DNA of 44,080 bases from a virus (taxonomy: Duplodnaviria > Heunggongvirae > Uroviricota > Caudoviricetes), in the IMG/VR virus record IMGVR_UViG_2609460218_000014, positions 1 through 44,080 of that record. One strand, given 5' to 3'. Shown here in pieces: positions 1 to 13,313 of this stretch. How positions within the stretch are numbered: the first letter of the stretch is position 1; each line of letters starts with the position of its first letter. A program made the translations under genes and the position numbers. A model generated the notes under the pieces. That model did no database searches and was not told the DNA's origin. It worked only from the letters and a program-made list of their open reading frames with translations.

Positions 1-1
1 G

Positions 2-367
2 GGCAATGAGATTCTTGCCGCTTTGAATACCGAGCAGCAGGCATGGTGTCGGAACCTGGCGGGGGAAACACAGCTTGATCAAGCGGTTATCCTGATTGCA
101 GCCTGTAAAGCCATTGTCACTAACGATTCTGGCCTGATGCATGTTGCGGCGGCGCTCAATCGTCCGCTGGTTGCCCTGTATGGTCCGAGTAGCCCGGACT
201 TCACACCGCCGCTATCCCATAAAGCGCGCGTGATCCGTTTGATTACCGGCTATCACAAAGTGCGTAAAGGTGACGCTGCGGAGGGTTATCACCAGAGCTT
301 AATCGACATTACTCCCCAGCGCGTACTGGAAGAACTCAACGCGCTATTGTTACAAGAGGAAGCCTGA
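2..367 (+). CDS. waaF: ADP-heptose:LPS heptosyltransferase II, C-terminal part (5' end outside window)
   Basis: Open frame from window edge (track ORF 23..367); translation ...ALYGPSSPDFTPPLSHKARVIRLITGYHKVRKGD...LNALLLQEEA matches my recollection of the WaaF C-terminus; immediately upstream of waaC as in E. coli. Confidence 0.8.
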   Translation, partial: GNEILAALNTEQQAWCRNLAGETQLDQAVILIAACKAIVTNDSGLMHVAAALNRPLVALYGPSSPDFTPPLSHKARVIRLITGYHKVRKGDAAEGYHQSLIDITPQRVLEELNALLLQEEA

Positions 368-370
368 CGG

Positions 371-1363
371 ATGCGGGTTTTGATCGTTAAAACATCGTCG
401 ATGGGCGATGTTCTCCATACGTTGCCCGCACTCACTGATGCCCAGCAGGCAATCCCAGGGATTAAGTTTGACTGGGTGGTGGAAGAAGGGTTCGCACAGA
501 TTCCTTCCTGGCACGCTGCCGTTGAGCGAGTTATTCCTGTGGCAATACGTCGCTGGCGTAAAGCCTGGTTCTCGGCCCCCATAAAAGCGGAACGCAAAGC
601 GTTTCGTGAAGCGCTACAAGCAGAGAACTATGACGCAGTTATCGACGCTCANGGGCTGGTAAAAAGCGCGGCGCTGGTGACGCGTCTGGCGCATGGCGTA
701 AAGCATGGCATGGACTGGCAAACCGCTCGCGAACCTTTAGCCAGCCTGTTTTACAATCGTAAGCATCATATTGCAAAACAGCAGCACGCCGTAGAACGCA
801 CCCGCGAACTGTTTGCCAAAAGTTTGGGCTATAGCAAACCGCAAACCCAGGGCGATTATGCTATCGCACAGCATTTTCTGACGAACCTGCCTACAGATGC
901 TGGCGAATATGCCGTATTTCTTCATGCGACGACCCGTGATGATAAACACTGGCCGGAAGAACACTGGCGAGAATTGATTGGTTTACTGGCTGATTCAGGA
1001 ATACGGATTAAACTTCCGTGGGGCGCGCCGCATGAGGAAGAACGGGCGAAACGACTGGCGGAAGGATTTGCTTATGTTAAAGTATTGCCGAAGATGAGTC
1101 TGGAAGGCGTTGCCCGCGTGCTGGCCGGGGCTAAATTTGTAGTGTCGGTGGATACGGGGTTAAGCCATTTAACGGCGGCACTGGATAGACCCAATATCAC
1201 GGTTTATGGACCAACCGATCCGGGATTAATTGGTGGGTATGGGAAGAATCAAGTAGAGTGTCGTTCTACAAGTATGTCTCTTGCAGATTTGCCAGCTCAA
1301 ACCGTTTTTCAAAATTTAAATCTTGAAATAATAACCAATAAGTTGACATCGGAGATAAAATGA
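371..1363 (+). CDS. waaC: ADP-heptose:LPS heptosyltransferase I
   Basis: 330-aa ORF, MRVLIVKTSSMGDVLHTLPALTDA... typical GT9 heptosyltransferase; conserved position between waaF and waaL. One N inside; N's just downstream make the C-terminus uncertain. Confidence 0.85.
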   Translation: MRVLIVKTSSMGDVLHTLPALTDAQQAIPGIKFDWVVEEGFAQIPSWHAAVERVIPVAIRRWRKAWFSAPIKAERKAFREALQAENYDAVIDAXGLVKSAALVTRLAHGVKHGMDWQTAREPLASLFYNRKHHIAKQQHAVERTRELFAKSLGYSKPQTQGDYAIAQHFLTNLPTDAGEYAVFLHATTRDDKHWPEEHWRELIGLLADSGIRIKLPWGAPHEEERAKRLAEGFAYVKVLPKMSLEGVARVLAGAKFVVSVDTGLSHLTAALDRPNITVYGPTDPGLIGGYGKNQVECRSTSMSLADLPAQTVFQNLNLEIITNKLTSEIK

Positions 1364-1454
1364 CCTCAACATTANTTTTTCTCTCTCGAGNAAAAAAAAC
1401 TGGATAGCGTACTGGAACAGAGCTCTCGTATTCTTATTCATTACCACCTATTTT

Positions 1455-2630
1455 TTGGGTGGGATTACAAGGTATAAACATCTTATTGTTATTCTTATGA
1501 CAATAACGACAATCGTCTATCTCTGCAAACGGCCAAAACACTATCTCTCACTATTTAAAACATTTCTTTTTGGTAGTGTTGCCATATTAACTATTGCTGC
1601 ATTGCTGTCACTTCTTCAATCCCCTGATGCAGGTGCTAGCATGAAGGAAATTTTCAAAGCTATTATTGAGAATACTTTACTATGCACAATAGCAATACCG
1701 ATCATATTGAGAGACGAGAAAAGAGAAGATGTCGAAAAAATCGTTTTCTTCTCATTTATTAGTGCGTTGGGCTTACGCTGTTTTTCTGAATTGATTACCT
1801 ATTATAAGGACTATCAACAAGGGATAATGCCATTCGCAGATTATAGACACCGTAGCATTTCTGACTCGATGGTCTTTTTATTCCCTGCATTGTTAAATCT
1901 CTGGCTTATCAAATCAGCAAAATACCGCATTTCTTTTGTGGTTCTAAGCGTTATTTTTATTTTTCTGATATTAGGAACTTTATCCAGAGGGGCCTGGCTT
2001 TCCGTGTTAGTCATTGGATTAATATGGATTCTGATGTTTAAACAATGGAAGTTACTATTAGTAGGAGTAATGGTTGCCATCATTGCATTGTCGGTTATTT
2101 TCACACATAAGGAGATGACCGCAAAGCTAACGTATAAACTTCAACAAACTAATAGTTCTTATCGCTATGCAAATGGTACTCAAGGCAGCGCACTCGATCT
2201 AATATTAGAAAATCCTGTTATTGGTTATGGTTACGGTAACGTTGCATATAAAGATGTCTATAATAAACGTGTCATTGATTATCCAGAATGGACCTTTAGA
2301 CAATCAATAGGGCCACATAATTTTGCGCTATTCATCTGGTTTGGCACTGGTTTATTANGGCTGGTAAGTCTTATGATGCTATACTGTGCAATATTGAAAG
2401 AGTGTATAAAAAATGGCGTCAAGAATAAATATCGCTCACCATATAATGCATATTATATAATCTTACTATCTTTTATAGGTTATTTTGTTATCCGTGGAAA
2501 CGTAGAACAAATTGAACCAAATTTATTAGGCGTTTACGCCGGCTTATTATTAGCGATGAAAAACAAGTNAAAAAATNAAAAAAGGCTGCATAATGCGGCC
2601 TTTTTATTTATTCAAACCAATTATGAATAA
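1455..2630 (+). CDS. waaL: O-antigen ligase (polytopic membrane protein); true start probably downstream of the track start
   Basis: Hydrophobic multi-helix protein, low GC, downstream of waaC and convergent with the core glycosyltransferase operon. Track start is a TTG; N's near the 3' end. Confidence 0.65.
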   Translation: MGGITRYKHLIVILMTITTIVYLCKRPKHYLSLFKTFLFGSVAILTIAALLSLLQSPDAGASMKEIFKAIIENTLLCTIAIPIILRDEKREDVEKIVFFSFISALGLRCFSELITYYKDYQQGIMPFADYRHRSISDSMVFLFPALLNLWLIKSAKYRISFVVLSVIFIFLILGTLSRGAWLSVLVIGLIWILMFKQWKLLLVGVMVAIIALSVIFTHKEMTAKLTYKLQQTNSSYRYANGTQGSALDLILENPVIGYGYGNVAYKDVYNKRVIDYPEWTFRQSIGPHNFALFIWFGTGLLXLVSLMMLYCAILKECIKNGVKNKYRSPYNAYYIILLSFIGYFVIRGNVEQIEPNLLGVYAGLLLAMKNKXKNXKRLHNAAFLFIQTNYE

Positions 2631-3750
2631 CCTCTTCGAATCTTTGAGTTACGCCATCCCAACTGTAGTGATCAAACACAAAGTCCTGACCTTGCTTTGC
2701 AACTGCTGTTAATTCAGGATTCGCTAACGTTTTTAAAATATCGCTGCTTATGGAGTCTGCAGTCATAGGTTCTTTTAAATGGAATCCCGTAGTATTTTCT
2801 TTGACAAATTCCGTCATCCCCCCACGCGTACTCACTAAAACAGGCTTACCAGCACCCATAGCTTCAATTGCCACCATGCAAAATGGTTCCTGGAACTGGG
2901 AAGGAATGACGACTAAATCTGCCAGTGGGTAATAACAATGCATCTTTTCAGGCGGTATGCTTCCTAACATAATGCAACGATCCTTCAAACGTTTTGCAAT
3001 TTCCCTGACATTGCGTTGATATGCACCTTTGTCACTTTTACTCATTTCTGTATAATCACCAATCACAACTAATTTTAAATTTTTGTGAGCAGCGGCCAAT
3101 TTTTCGAATGATTGCATCAACAGCAATATGCCTTTGTCAGGGACGATACGCCCAGCATAAAAAATAATTTTCTCTTCAGGGGAGATATTAAGTTCGCTTC
3201 TAGTGATCGGCTGAAAATTAGATTGATAGGTTTCTAAATCAATTCCATTTGGTACAATCTCAATATCTGCATTTGCTAAATAAGATTGGTAATACTTTTT
3301 CAAGTATAAACTAGGCACTATCATTTTAACATTTTGCTCAAGCAATTTTGGTTCAAATGCATTATGCATATGTATAACCACTCTTGCCTGAGGAGCTCGC
3401 TTACGAATTTGAGTGTATAGCTTCATGCTATTATGAACTACAATAACACTTTCTTTCGTTATAGGAAAATCATGTGCAATATTCAATATTCTCTGTGAAT
3501 ATGGAAGAGGATCAAGTCTTGTCCATTTTTGAAATAACCGCTTATATATGCGACTGAATCCAACCCTATGAATACTACAATTATCATTAACAAAGGTGTA
3601 ATTTGAGTATCCTGGATTTTTGATACAAACAATACGATTTGGAAAATTGGTACGCTGAGCAACCTGATACATCCACGTTTCAACAGCAGCCGCTCCGCGA
3701 GGAGGAATTGAAAAAATAGGAGTAACCGTAAATATTATTTTATCAACCAT
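2608..3750 (-). CDS. LPS core glycosyltransferase, GT4-like family (WaaD/WaaK-like, distal gene of core operon)
   Basis: 380-aa ORF with the C-terminal motif pattern of retaining GT-B glycosyltransferases (...EPFCMVAIEAMGAGKPVLVSTRGG...); last gene of the waaQ operon, 3' end overlaps waaL convergently. Confidence 0.6.
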   Translation of the reverse strand: MVDKIIFTVTPIFSIPPRGAAAVETWMYQVAQRTNFPNRIVCIKNPGYSNYTFVNDNCSIHRVGFSRIYKRLFQKWTRLDPLPYSQRILNIAHDFPITKESVIVVHNSMKLYTQIRKRAPQARVVIHMHNAFEPKLLEQNVKMIVPSLYLKKYYQSYLANADIEIVPNGIDLETYQSNFQPITRSELNISPEEKIIFYAGRIVPDKGILLLMQSFEKLAAAHKNLKLVVIGDYTEMSKSDKGAYQRNVREIAKRLKDRCIMLGSIPPEKMHCYYPLADLVVIPSQFQEPFCMVAIEAMGAGKPVLVSTRGGMTEFVKENTTGFHLKEPMTADSISSDILKTLANPELTAVAKQGQDFVFDHYSWDGVTQRFEEVIHNWFE

Positions 3751-3758
3751 CTCGTATA

Positions 3759-4772
3759 TTAACCTTTCATAACATTATATTTAATTGCTGTAAAAACACC
3801 ATCGAGAAATTTTTTCTGGTAAAGCAAGTGTTTATATTTTTCTTTGTACTCATGTTTTTTAACAGCTTTTTTATAAGGTATATTTCTCCATGGTGATATA
3901 TTATAAATATTACGAAAATAATCTGCAGAGGCGTAGTTCGCCCAATCATGCCATGGCTTAGTTATACCAGTATAATGTATGAAGACAGTGTCATCATTAA
4001 TAAACCGGGTGTAATATTCACTATTTTTTTCTTCAAATTCTGACTTTATAGTATAAATACAATTATATTTTCTCGGTAATATTTTAGCATGATGTAGAAA
4101 CATTAAGTTTAAAATATCTTGATCCGGGTACTTTAATTTTTTTATAATTGACTCATCTGATAATAGATCAAAGAATTTTTCCGTTAGTCTTTGTTTTAAC
4201 CATTCCCGTAAATTAATATACATTACACCAGAGTTAAAATAGCTACCGTTAAAATCCTCATTACACAAACGCTCAGCGCTTTTACTTTGCATAGCATCTA
4301 CATCAATTACCACTGCCCCATATTCATCTTTAAACTCTAATGCTATTAACTCGTTCAATGAACCCTTACAGACGATATCAGCATCAAGATATAATAATGA
4401 ATCCAATCGCGCAGAAAAATAATCAAATGAAAGCAAACGATAATAAATAGATACTGGCCAGATATTTGATTGAGGTAGCGCCTTCAATGGCTCAGAATCA
4501 ATATGATATAATTTAATTACTGTTTGATACTTCGTTGCTAATTGTGATAATAATTCAATATACTCTTTGTCTAAGTAATCAGCGATTATGTGAAAGGTAA
4601 ATTTGTTTTGTTTATTATTTTCAAGAATTGAAGCAATTGAAATCGCAGCCCCAACCTGGTAGTTCTCATCAATACCCCATGAGACATTAAACGTTTCCCG
4701 TTCATCAAGTTTAACGGGGCGCTTGTCCAGTTCAATTATATCTTTAAATTGAGTAAGATGTTTAAAATCCAA
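3759..4772 (-). CDS. LPS core alpha-1,2/1,3-hexosyltransferase, GT8 family (WaaJ-like)
   Basis: 337 aa; GT8 hallmarks (LDADI..., HYTG..KPW) and paralogous to ORF 5531..6538; position after waaY matches R3-type order. Confidence 0.6.
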   Translation of the reverse strand: MDFKHLTQFKDIIELDKRPVKLDERETFNVSWGIDENYQVGAAISIASILENNKQNKFTFHIIADYLDKEYIELLSQLATKYQTVIKLYHIDSEPLKALPQSNIWPVSIYYRLLSFDYFSARLDSLLYLDADIVCKGSLNELIALEFKDEYGAVVIDVDAMQSKSAERLCNEDFNGSYFNSGVMYINLREWLKQRLTEKFFDLLSDESIIKKLKYPDQDILNLMFLHHAKILPRKYNCIYTIKSEFEEKNSEYYTRFINDDTVFIHYTGITKPWHDWANYASADYFRNIYNISPWRNIPYKKAVKKHEYKEKYKHLLYQKKFLDGVFTAIKYNVMKG

Positions 4773-4796
4773 TTTAATTACCCTTCATCATAATCA

Positions 4797-5505
4797 TTAT
4801 TTGCTCTTCAATCCTAGTTTGACTTTTACATCCCTGATTACTTTTTTAATTTTCTTTTTGAATATAAGATATGTATAGCCAAAGTCTTTCAATTCATTTT
4901 TTATATTATAGTGCCGTTCAAGATCAATGCGATCTTTTGCTTTTAAAACAGCGGTTGTTTTTTTACCTGAAAGGTCAATTAGTCTTAAACCTTTTTCGGA
5001 TACTATAAAATTTCCTTTATGAGGATCGCCAGACACCATTCCATGCTGATGCAACTCTTTTATCGATTCTGATAATTGATCCTTCAGATCTTCAGAAATT
5101 TCCAAATACTCATTTAACCCGACACCTTCAATATACTCAATGAGCATAATATAATAATGAGCGAAATTTAATGTTTTACGTTCAGCTAGCAAAAAATAGT
5201 CATTAATTGATTGGATGCCTTCACCACGTACCCGATCGGTTTGATAAATTAAATTTTCATAATAATCNTTTTTTTATGCAAGATTTTAAGAAACGTTCGG
5301 TCATTTTATGCTTTGGCGCATAAACTTTAAGTACAAGAGGTCCACGAGCAGTGTCAATAAGAATGACTTTAGTATCATCAATAGAACGAAAAACTTTTAA
5401 TGTTTTAACCCTGCAAGTTAAAAAGTCATTTAGAACTTGCTCATAAAAGGGATCATTATCTTTTATGAAAACTTTCAACCCATTTATCGTTTTATTATAT
5501 ATCAT
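4797..5505 (-). CDS. waaY: LPS core heptose II kinase WaaY; apparent frameshift between two track ORFs (4797..5192 and 5257..5505)
   Basis: Both fragments read as one small kinase-like protein; the break coincides with an N in a poly-T run near 5268, so probably a sequencing artefact. Confidence 0.65.
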
Positions 5506-5530
5506 AATGAATTATTTTAACCTTAAATCT

Positions 5531-6538
5531 TTAGAAGCATTTTTCTTTATAATACTTTAAATAATTAAAAATGCCTGCCATATAATGCTTTTGTTTAAAT
5601 TTATGTTTTGCACAATACCGATACTGATTGCTATTTACAGGTTTAAGTAAATCTTCTTTACTCCACGGAGAAGCTGCTTTGGCGATCAAAAAACTACGTG
5701 ACACCGGATAGTCAGCCCACTCATGCCAGGGTTTTGTAGGTCCCACATAGTGTATAAACACGGTGTCATCATTGACTGGATTATCAACTTTGTCTTTTAA
5801 TTCATAGTTAATACTATATCGGGTATTATATCTCTCCGAAATAAACTTCACTTTACCATTCAATAATACATTCAGTACATCTTGATCAAGGTGGGTGATT
5901 TTACTTACCCAATCTGGGTCACGCAACATTTCAATAGCTTTTGACGAAATGTTATTTAGATTCCACTCATCAATATTTATCAGTAAAAAACCAGCATTGA
6001 AATATCCAGAAGCTAACTGTGGTGTAGTTAATACCGAGGCTCGATTTTGCCACCATTCAACATCTCTTTCAGCTACAACTGCGGCAATTTCATTAGTAGA
6101 AAATTGATAATCTAAGAGTTCTTTAATACTACCCTTGCAAGCAATATCTGCATCAAGATATAGTATTTTTTCATGTTTATGATAGAAATAATCTGCAATT
6201 ATAAATCGAAAATATGTTGCGTAAGTCCAGTTTTTCGTGCTTGGTAATGACTTCAGCTTATCACAATTGATAACATAAATATTAATTCTTGAATTATATT
6301 GTTTTGCTAAATCAGAAAAATATAATTTGTCTTTATCACTGATATAATCTGTGAAAACATGAAATTCACAAGAGATTTCTCTATTGTTTAATAGAATAGA
6401 TGCGATGGCTACACCACATCCAAAAAGAAAATTTCTGTCAATACCAAATGCTATATCAAGAGTATTTTTAGATCTTATATTTTGATAATGAAAATTATAC
6501 TCAAAAAGGATGATGTCACTATCATTGAGTTGAGACAT
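5531..6538 (-). CDS. LPS core hexosyltransferase, GT8 family (WaaI/WaaO-like)
   Basis: 335 aa; GT8 motifs (YLDADIACKGS, HYVGPTKPW); immediately downstream of waaP. The waaS/waaB genes of K-12 are absent. Confidence 0.6.
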   Translation of the reverse strand: MSQLNDSDIILFEYNFHYQNIRSKNTLDIAFGIDRNFLFGCGVAIASILLNNREISCEFHVFTDYISDKDKLYFSDLAKQYNSRINIYVINCDKLKSLPSTKNWTYATYFRFIIADYFYHKHEKILYLDADIACKGSIKELLDYQFSTNEIAAVVAERDVEWWQNRASVLTTPQLASGYFNAGFLLINIDEWNLNNISSKAIEMLRDPDWVSKITHLDQDVLNVLLNGKVKFISERYNTRYSINYELKDKVDNPVNDDTVFIHYVGPTKPWHEWADYPVSRSFLIAKAASPWSKEDLLKPVNSNQYRYCAKHKFKQKHYMAGIFNYLKYYKEKCF

Positions 6539-6580
6539 ATTTATTCTGTATCCAAAATTTTGGCAAAAATAAGTTACGGG

Positions 6581-7387
6581 TTACAACGATTTTCGAATCG
6601 TTCTTTCCCTGATTTTTGTGGCTTTTGCTTCTGCTTGCAACAGCAGTCCTTGTTCCTGCTTGAGAATGTCTTTAAGCGGAGCGGCAAAATACACCTTCAT
6701 AAACCGCCAGATATCCCGCTGAGTCAGGCCAATATTCATCGAAGAAAAATAAAGTCCAATAAGATCTTTATCGCGCCAACGACGTGGAACTCGCGTGCGA
6801 AGCTGCGCCCGGTGCAGGTCAATTACCGAAATTTTTAACTCCTCTTCCTTACCGGAAAAAGGCAAGTGCAGCAGGAAATGACAGATATAACAGTCACGGT
6901 GATTAATGCCCGCAGCATGCATATCGCGCACCATCGTCGCGACACGCTTAATAAGCATACGCTTTACGCGAACATCTGGTGGGTTGGTCGCCCAGTCAGC
7001 ACAGTAATCTTCCAGACTTATGGTTGGTGTCAGATCTTCGGTAATAATAAACGAGGTTCTGGTCAGCGGATTCATGCCTTTTTCGCCGAATGCCACCCCA
7101 TACATAGTATCAACGCCGACATCCCGCAGTCGATGAATCGCATTCCATTCGCGGTCTGCGCCTAATACTGGCATCCGCAATGAGAGTAAATTTTTGATTA
7201 TCTCTTTCAGGGTCGTGCCGCGATGCCATTTGAGAAAATAGCTTTTTCCCGCCATTTCAAAGCGCAGAGTACGGCGAGTTTCCAGTTCACGAAATATCTC
7301 ACCCTGCAAGGTTTTAACTTCCTCAAAAGGATCTTTACCGCGCCATAACGTGGCAAACGGCTCTTTAAGTTCAACCATCCAGACCAC
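6581..7387 (-). CDS. waaP: LPS core heptose I kinase
   Basis: 268-aa ORF ...[21 protein letters not shown]... matches WaaP as I recall it; sits between waaG and the GT8 gene. Confidence 0.85.
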   Translation of the reverse strand: MVWMVELKEPFATLWRGKDPFEEVKTLQGEIFRELETRRTLRFEMAGKSYFLKWHRGTTLKEIIKNLLSLRMPVLGADREWNAIHRLRDVGVDTMYGVAFGEKGMNPLTRTSFIITEDLTPTISLEDYCADWATNPPDVRVKRMLIKRVATMVRDMHAAGINHRDCYICHFLLHLPFSGKEEELKISVIDLHRAQLRTRVPRRWRDKDLIGLYFSSMNIGLTQRDIWRFMKVYFAAPLKDILKQEQGLLLQAEAKATKIRERTIRKSL

Positions 7388-8484
7388 CCGTTATGATATC
7401 CGCCGCTTTCTCTGGCAGACTGTATAAATCTTGTGTATCAGCATAATGTCGCGCATTTTCCGCCCAGGCCTGGCGCAATGAAGATTGCGTTAACGCTTTG
7501 CGTAAAATCTCATTCAATGTTTCCTGGCGGAATGGCTCAGCAATAGCCTCGCCGCAATTGGCCTCGACAATATAAGGCGCATAGCCACAAACGGCTGTTG
7601 TTAGTACCGGTAATCCTGCAGTAATCGCTTCCAGCAGCACAATTCCCGCCGCTTCCTGGTAGGCAGGATGCAGTAATAAATCCGCCGCCGCCATTAATTC
7701 CGAGACATCATTGCGCCCCGAGAAGAAGTGAACATTACTGCGCACGCCGCGTTTTTCTGCCAGCGCCTCAAATTTTCGCGGTTTATCCTGCCCAACAACA
7801 TATAGCAATGTGTTGTGGCGCAGCGAATCCGGTAAAGAAGCAAGTGCTTCAATGGAACGATCGACACCTTTACGCGTGAAGTCTGAACCGACCTGCAACA
7901 ATAAATATTGTTGTTCGGTTATTCCATTCTTCTTACGGAAGATTTCACGGCTATTGGCTGGCTGCTGGCTATATTTACGATCAGGATAAATCCCCGGTGG
8001 CAGAATATGAAAACGCTCCGCTTCAGTCTGATAATGTTTCTGGAAATCGGCGATTTGCTTATCTGTCAGCATCAGCAGCTGTGTCGGCTTGCCCTGTTCG
8101 AAGGTTGCCCGCTCAAAGGCGGCATAATGGCGATAACGTGACGTCAGGCGATAGAAAAAGCCTTTCTCCTGCGCTACTTTCTCGGCATAACAAACATCAG
8201 CGGCATAATAAACGTCCAGCCCCGGCATTTTGTTGAATCCAACGACTTTATCGACGGGATGTTCGCGTAAATGTTTTTGCACCCAGGTAAAATACTCCGC
8301 ATTGCGCCCGTGATTGGTATGCGATTTAACCGGCACTTTGATCAGTTCAAATACATCAGGCATTCGNCTTCCCACGACTGGGTATAAACCCGAACATGAT
8401 GACCTCGGGCGGCGACTGTCTGAGCAATACGCATAAAATCGCGCTGCAAACCGCCAAAGGGAAAATATTTATATAAACAAAAAG
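7371..8484 (-). CDS. waaG: LPS core glucosyltransferase I
   Basis: Track ORF 7371..8375 is WaaG-like; an N at 8367 breaks the frame, and the upstream part translates as [41 protein letters not shown], the WaaG N-terminus, giving a start near 8484. Confidence 0.85.
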
Positions 8485-8490
8485 CAACGA

Positions 8491-9550
8491 TCATAACGAC
8501 GTACCTGTCGTGGAGGAGGGCAGTAATTTATCGACAGCAGCAATGACATCTGCCGCCGGAATAACCGAAAGATACATCTCATTTCGGTCACGCTGATCGC
8601 GCGTTGGCATTTCCCGGTAATCTCCCGCCCAGAATTGAATCATGTTATTTGACCAGGGACGCCAGAAAATATGGTCTGTCGCACCAAACAGCGATATCAG
8701 CGGCGTATTAACTGCAGCGGCAATATGCGCCGGTGCGGAATCAACGCCAATAAACAGCTGCGCATGATCGATTAACGCACCAAGTTCCGGGAAGGTCACC
8801 TTTCCAGCCAGCGCCGTTACTGGTGGCGTCTGGCATCCCTGCGCAATTTCATTGACGCAGGCCAGATCGTCTTTATCCGGGCCGGACGTCAGAACGACTT
8901 CATAACCACGAGCATGTAAGGCATCAATCACAGCGGAAAACTTGGCGTTGTCCCAGCATTTGAAGATTTGCCGCGCCGTAGGTTGGATAACCACATAATT
9001 TTGTCCAACACCAGCGTGATCAAGTTCGCGACGCATACGTTTCCAGCTTGCAGGCGGGTAACTCATGGTTGTCTGCTTCACCAACGAATCAAGTCCCAAT
9101 GGTGTCAGCACGGATAAGTTACTTTCCACCACATTTCCACCCTGCAACGGCACCAAATGGGTGAAACTTTTACGCCAAAAAGCAGACTGCCGATGATGAT
9201 AATCCTGGGAAATTTTCACACGAGCATTTAATAAGCGAACCAGTATAGCAACCATCCATTGATCGGTAAGATTGACGATAAGGTCATACTTATTGGCACG
9301 TAATACCTTGATGAGATGAAAAAAGTTGGCAATTTTTTCTGAGGCTTTTGCNTTTTTTATTTTTTATGCCGTAGAGCGCGTTAATCTCTGGATTTTCAGA
9401 CAGGATCGGGATGGTGTCCTGATAAAGCAGCACATCGATTTTTGCGTCAGGGTAATTTTTTTTCAGCGAACTAATGACGGGAGTAGTTAATAACATATCC
9501 CCATGAAAACGCATCTTAATGAGCAAAATTCTTCGAAATGGCTTATCCAC
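8491..9550 (-). CDS. waaQ: LPS heptosyltransferase III; split into two track ORFs (8491..9255, 9290..9550) by an apparent frameshift
   Basis: N-terminal fragment MDKPFRRILLIKMRFHGDMLLTTPVISSLKKNYPDAKIDVLLYQDT is a typical GT9 N-terminus; break coincides with an N in a T-run at 9352. First gene of the operon, divergent from waaA. Confidence 0.75.
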
Positions 9551-9599
9551 AAGTAACTCTTTTTGTTGAGATTATCCGATTAAGGTGAAGCAGAAAAAG

Positions 9600-9611
9600 C
9601 ACGCTACCGCC
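9600..9611 (-). promoter_or_regulatory. ops element (RfaH recruitment site, part of JUMPstart) in the waaQ operon leader
   Basis: Plus strand reads cacgctaccgcc, the reverse complement of GGCGGTAGCGTG, in the untranslated leader upstream of waaQ. Confidence 0.75.
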
Positions 9612-9962
9612 CCAGGCTCAACAGCTACCTGAATACTGATACCGCACTGATATTGACGCGCTAGTGTATCACTTCTTTCGCGGCAATCCGACCCGAATGA
9701 TTTTTAAGCACATTGTTGATTTTCAATAAAGAAATCAATCAAATAAAATCATTAGCAACCATATTCTTTCACTGTTGCTCTGCGATTCCTTCCTGCACGT
9801 ACAGCAGAAATCAATGAATCGCATAAAAATACAAAAAAAGTATAGATGTTCAGCAAGAATTGGCGGGTAAATTGCTATTTAAGTCAAAAACGGGAAAAGT
9901 AATGGTAAAGCCACAGCTAAATACATAGAATCCCCAGCACATCCATAAGTCAGCTATTTACT

Positions 9963-11727
<1,765 letters not shown>

Positions 11728-11765
11728 CGTTTATGCCGGATGGTATGCCATCCGGCGCGCATGAA

Positions 11766-12575
11766 TTACTTCTGGCACTGCCGACAATAAAACGTTGCCC
11801 GCTGCGCATGTTTAGTCGCCACAATCGGCGTACCGCACACCCGACACGGCTCACCTTTTCGCCCGTAAACCTGCAATTCCTGAGCGAAATAGCCCGGTTT
11901 ACCATCACTTTGCAGAAAATCTTTCAGCGTTGTACCACCCTGCTCAATCGAACGCAGCAACACCGCTTTAATCACCCGAGCTAACAATTCACACTCTGCC
12001 AGCGACAGTGATGACGCCAGCCGATCCGGATGGATCCCCGCCGCAAACAGTGATTCGCTGGCATAGATATTCCCTACCCCTACCACCAGCTTGTTATCCA
12101 TCAGCCACGGTTTAATCGCCGTTTTTTTCTTCGCGCACTTCTGATGCAGATACTCACCATTGAAATCGTCGCTAAGCGGCTCCGGTCCAAGATGGGTCAG
12201 CACATTATGNCCTTCCAGCTCTTTGGTCCACAGCCAGGCACCAAAGCGGCGCGGATCGGTGTAGCGCAGCACTTTGCCGTTGCTCATCACCAAATCCACA
12301 TGGTCATGCTTTTCAGGGGGAAGTTCTTCTGGAAGGATGCGCAGGCTGCCAGACATCCCTAAATGAATGATAATCCAGCCCTCAGGCAGCTCCAGCAGCA
12401 GATATTTAGCCCGCCGCTGCACGCTAAGCACTGGTTGGTCGCTTAAACGGTAGATCTCTTCTGAAACCGGCCAGCGCAAGCGTCCGTTGCGCACCACTGC
12501 ATGAAGAATGGTTGCACCAACGAGATGCGGTTCTATGCCGCGGCGGCTGGTTTCAACTTCGGGTAATTCAGGCAT
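11766..12575 (-). CDS. mutM: Formamidopyrimidine-DNA glycosylase
   Basis: Track ORF 11766..12602; the conserved N-terminus MPELPEVE begins at residue 10; C-terminal zinc finger CRVCGTPIV...CRQCQ. Confidence 0.9.
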
Positions 12576-12635
12576 AGCATCTCCAGGAATGAACAGATGC
12601 AATCAATATGGGGGTAAGCAGATAACAAAAAACCC

Positions 12636-12662
12636 CGCCGGAGCGAGGTTTTTCGTTACATC
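12636..12662 (-). terminator. Probable intrinsic terminator downstream of rpmB-rpmG
   Basis: GC-rich imperfect hairpin (ccccgcc/ggcgagg region) flanked by an A-run and a T-run, just 3' of rpmG on the minus strand. Confidence 0.45.
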
Positions 12663-12672
12663 AAAGCGAGAA

Positions 12673-12843
<171 letters not shown>

Positions 12844-12860
12844 TTATTTCCTCTAAGTAC

Positions 12861-13118
<258 letters not shown>

Positions 13119-13313
13119 TTAGCTCGAGCTTCGTATGGGGTATTGGCGCCTCGTCAGGCTTTACAGCCCGGTCATCGCAGTTCTATGTGAACTCTCGATT
13201 GCCAGGCCCAAATGCCAAACCCGAGATTCTCAAAGGTGGCGTAGTATACGCTGACTCAGCGATGTGCTCAAGTCCCGAACAGACAAAGATCCCGAAGGAT
13301 CGCGCATAGCGGG

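Noticed and set aside
6482-7165. Plus-strand ORFs (118 and 99 aa) inside the waaP region
   Set aside because: Antisense to the well-supported waaP; no independent start signals.
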